DNA of 64,000 nt. Origin: Selaginella moellendorffii (Eukaryota; Plantae; Lycopodiophyta). Under the pieces are notes generated by a model. It searched no databases. It saw only the letters and a program-made list of their open reading frames with translations, and was not told the DNA's origin. Positions 63,035-64,000 of the stretch are shown in pieces (position 1 is the stretch's first letter; each line of letters begins with the position of its first letter). The stretch spans positions 594,825 to 658,824 of the forward strand of contig NW_003314300.1 in the NCBI RefSeq assembly GCF_000143415.4. The letters run 5' to 3'. Made by a program: the position numbers and the translations under genes.

Positions 63035-64000
63035 ATGGCTCGTAGAAGTTTTTGCTGCTCGATCACCACGGTGGTGGTGCTGGTCGCGGCATTCTTGCCG
63101 CTGCTGTGTGGAGCTCAAACTTTCCCAGCTCCGGCACCTGGACTGGCCTATGGATTCTACAACACCTCCTGTCCCAGCGCCGAGAGCACCGTCCAGCAAA
63201 TGATGCAGTCCATTCTCACCTCCAACATCTCCGAGGCCGCTGGGATCATCCGGCTCTTCTTCCACGACTGCTTCGTCCAGGTTGCTCGACCTTTCTCTCT
63301 CTCTCTTTGTTTCTTCCGAGTTGTTCTAGGAACTTTGCTGTGATCGCAGGGATGCGATGGCTCGCTTCTCATCAATGCTACCAACGGGGAGCTCTTCTCG
63401 ATCCCGAACTTGACCATTCGTCGCTCTGCTATTGCCATCGTGGAGCAGATCAAGGCGAGATTGGAGTCGGCCTGTCCGAACACTGTCTCTTGCTCGGATA
63501 TACTCGTCTTGGCTGCTCGAGAATCCGTGACCCAGGTACTACCAAAGTCCTGTAAGCTTTTGTCGTGCCAAACCTCACAACAAATCATGTGATCCTTTGC
63601 TGTGTTCTTGCCTTCTAAAAGGCTGGAGGACCATCGTTTCCTGTTCCAACCGGACGTCGCGACGGCACGACCTTCGCCACTAACCAGACTGTTCTCAGCT
63701 TCATCCCGGCTCCCAGCTTCAACTTCTCACAGCTTAACTCCTCCTTCCAGACCAAAGGCTTGAACGAAGCGGACTTAACAGCTCTCTCAGGTAAAGCAAG
63801 CTCCAAAACTTCTCTTGGACCGTTCCAAAAACTCTGTCCTCGCTGCCGCTGCTTTCAGGAGCTCACACCATCGGAATCGCGCACTGCTCGGCCTTCATTG
63901 GGAACCTGTATCCCAACGTCAGCTCCCGTTTCAACTCTTCCTTTGCACAGACCCTGTTGCAGTCCTGCCCAAGCAACACTTCCAACAACGTCGTCAACAT
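63035..64000 (+). CDS. Class III secretory peroxidase (runs off window end)
   Basis: FYNTSCP; IIRLFFHDCFVQ|GCDGS; VSCSDIL; TGRRDG; ALSG|AHTIG. Confidence 0.95.

Overview
This is eukaryotic plant genomic DNA. The ~50-70 nt introns, very short intergenic spaces and gene content suggest a compact lycophyte genome such as Selaginella (inference). Bases ~1-27.5 kb are a nested pile of decayed Ty3/gypsy LTR retrotransposons whose history can be rebuilt from LTR ends, PBS/PPT and target-site duplications (TSDs). It contains: (i) a non-autonomous element whose 5' LTR was broken by an exact 600-bp inversion; (ii) a three-LTR tandem chromovirus with a chimeric middle LTR, all inside one CTTTT TSD; (iii) an 8.4-kb non-autonomous element with microsatellite-filled LTRs, plus a solo LTR of the same family; (iv) a conserved, covarying structured ~500-nt RNA region just before the PPT. 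Three copies of a ~0.6-0.8 kb TRIM carry a 5S rRNA internal-promoter segment in their LTRs (Cassandra-type); all are nested in other retroelements. The gene-dense part (30.8-45.3 kb and 52.5-64 kb) encodes two tandem ABP1 genes lacking KDEL, two intronless non-RD S-domain receptor kinases plus a kinase-less paralogue, two convergent acid lipases flanking tRNA-Asp and an LTP, a PLS-E PPR gene head-to-head with a COX6a-like microprotein, an acyl-ACP thioesterase, a peroxisomal 4CL-like enzyme, a metallo-beta-lactamase protein and a class III peroxidase. All coordinates were read by eye; no database search was run.
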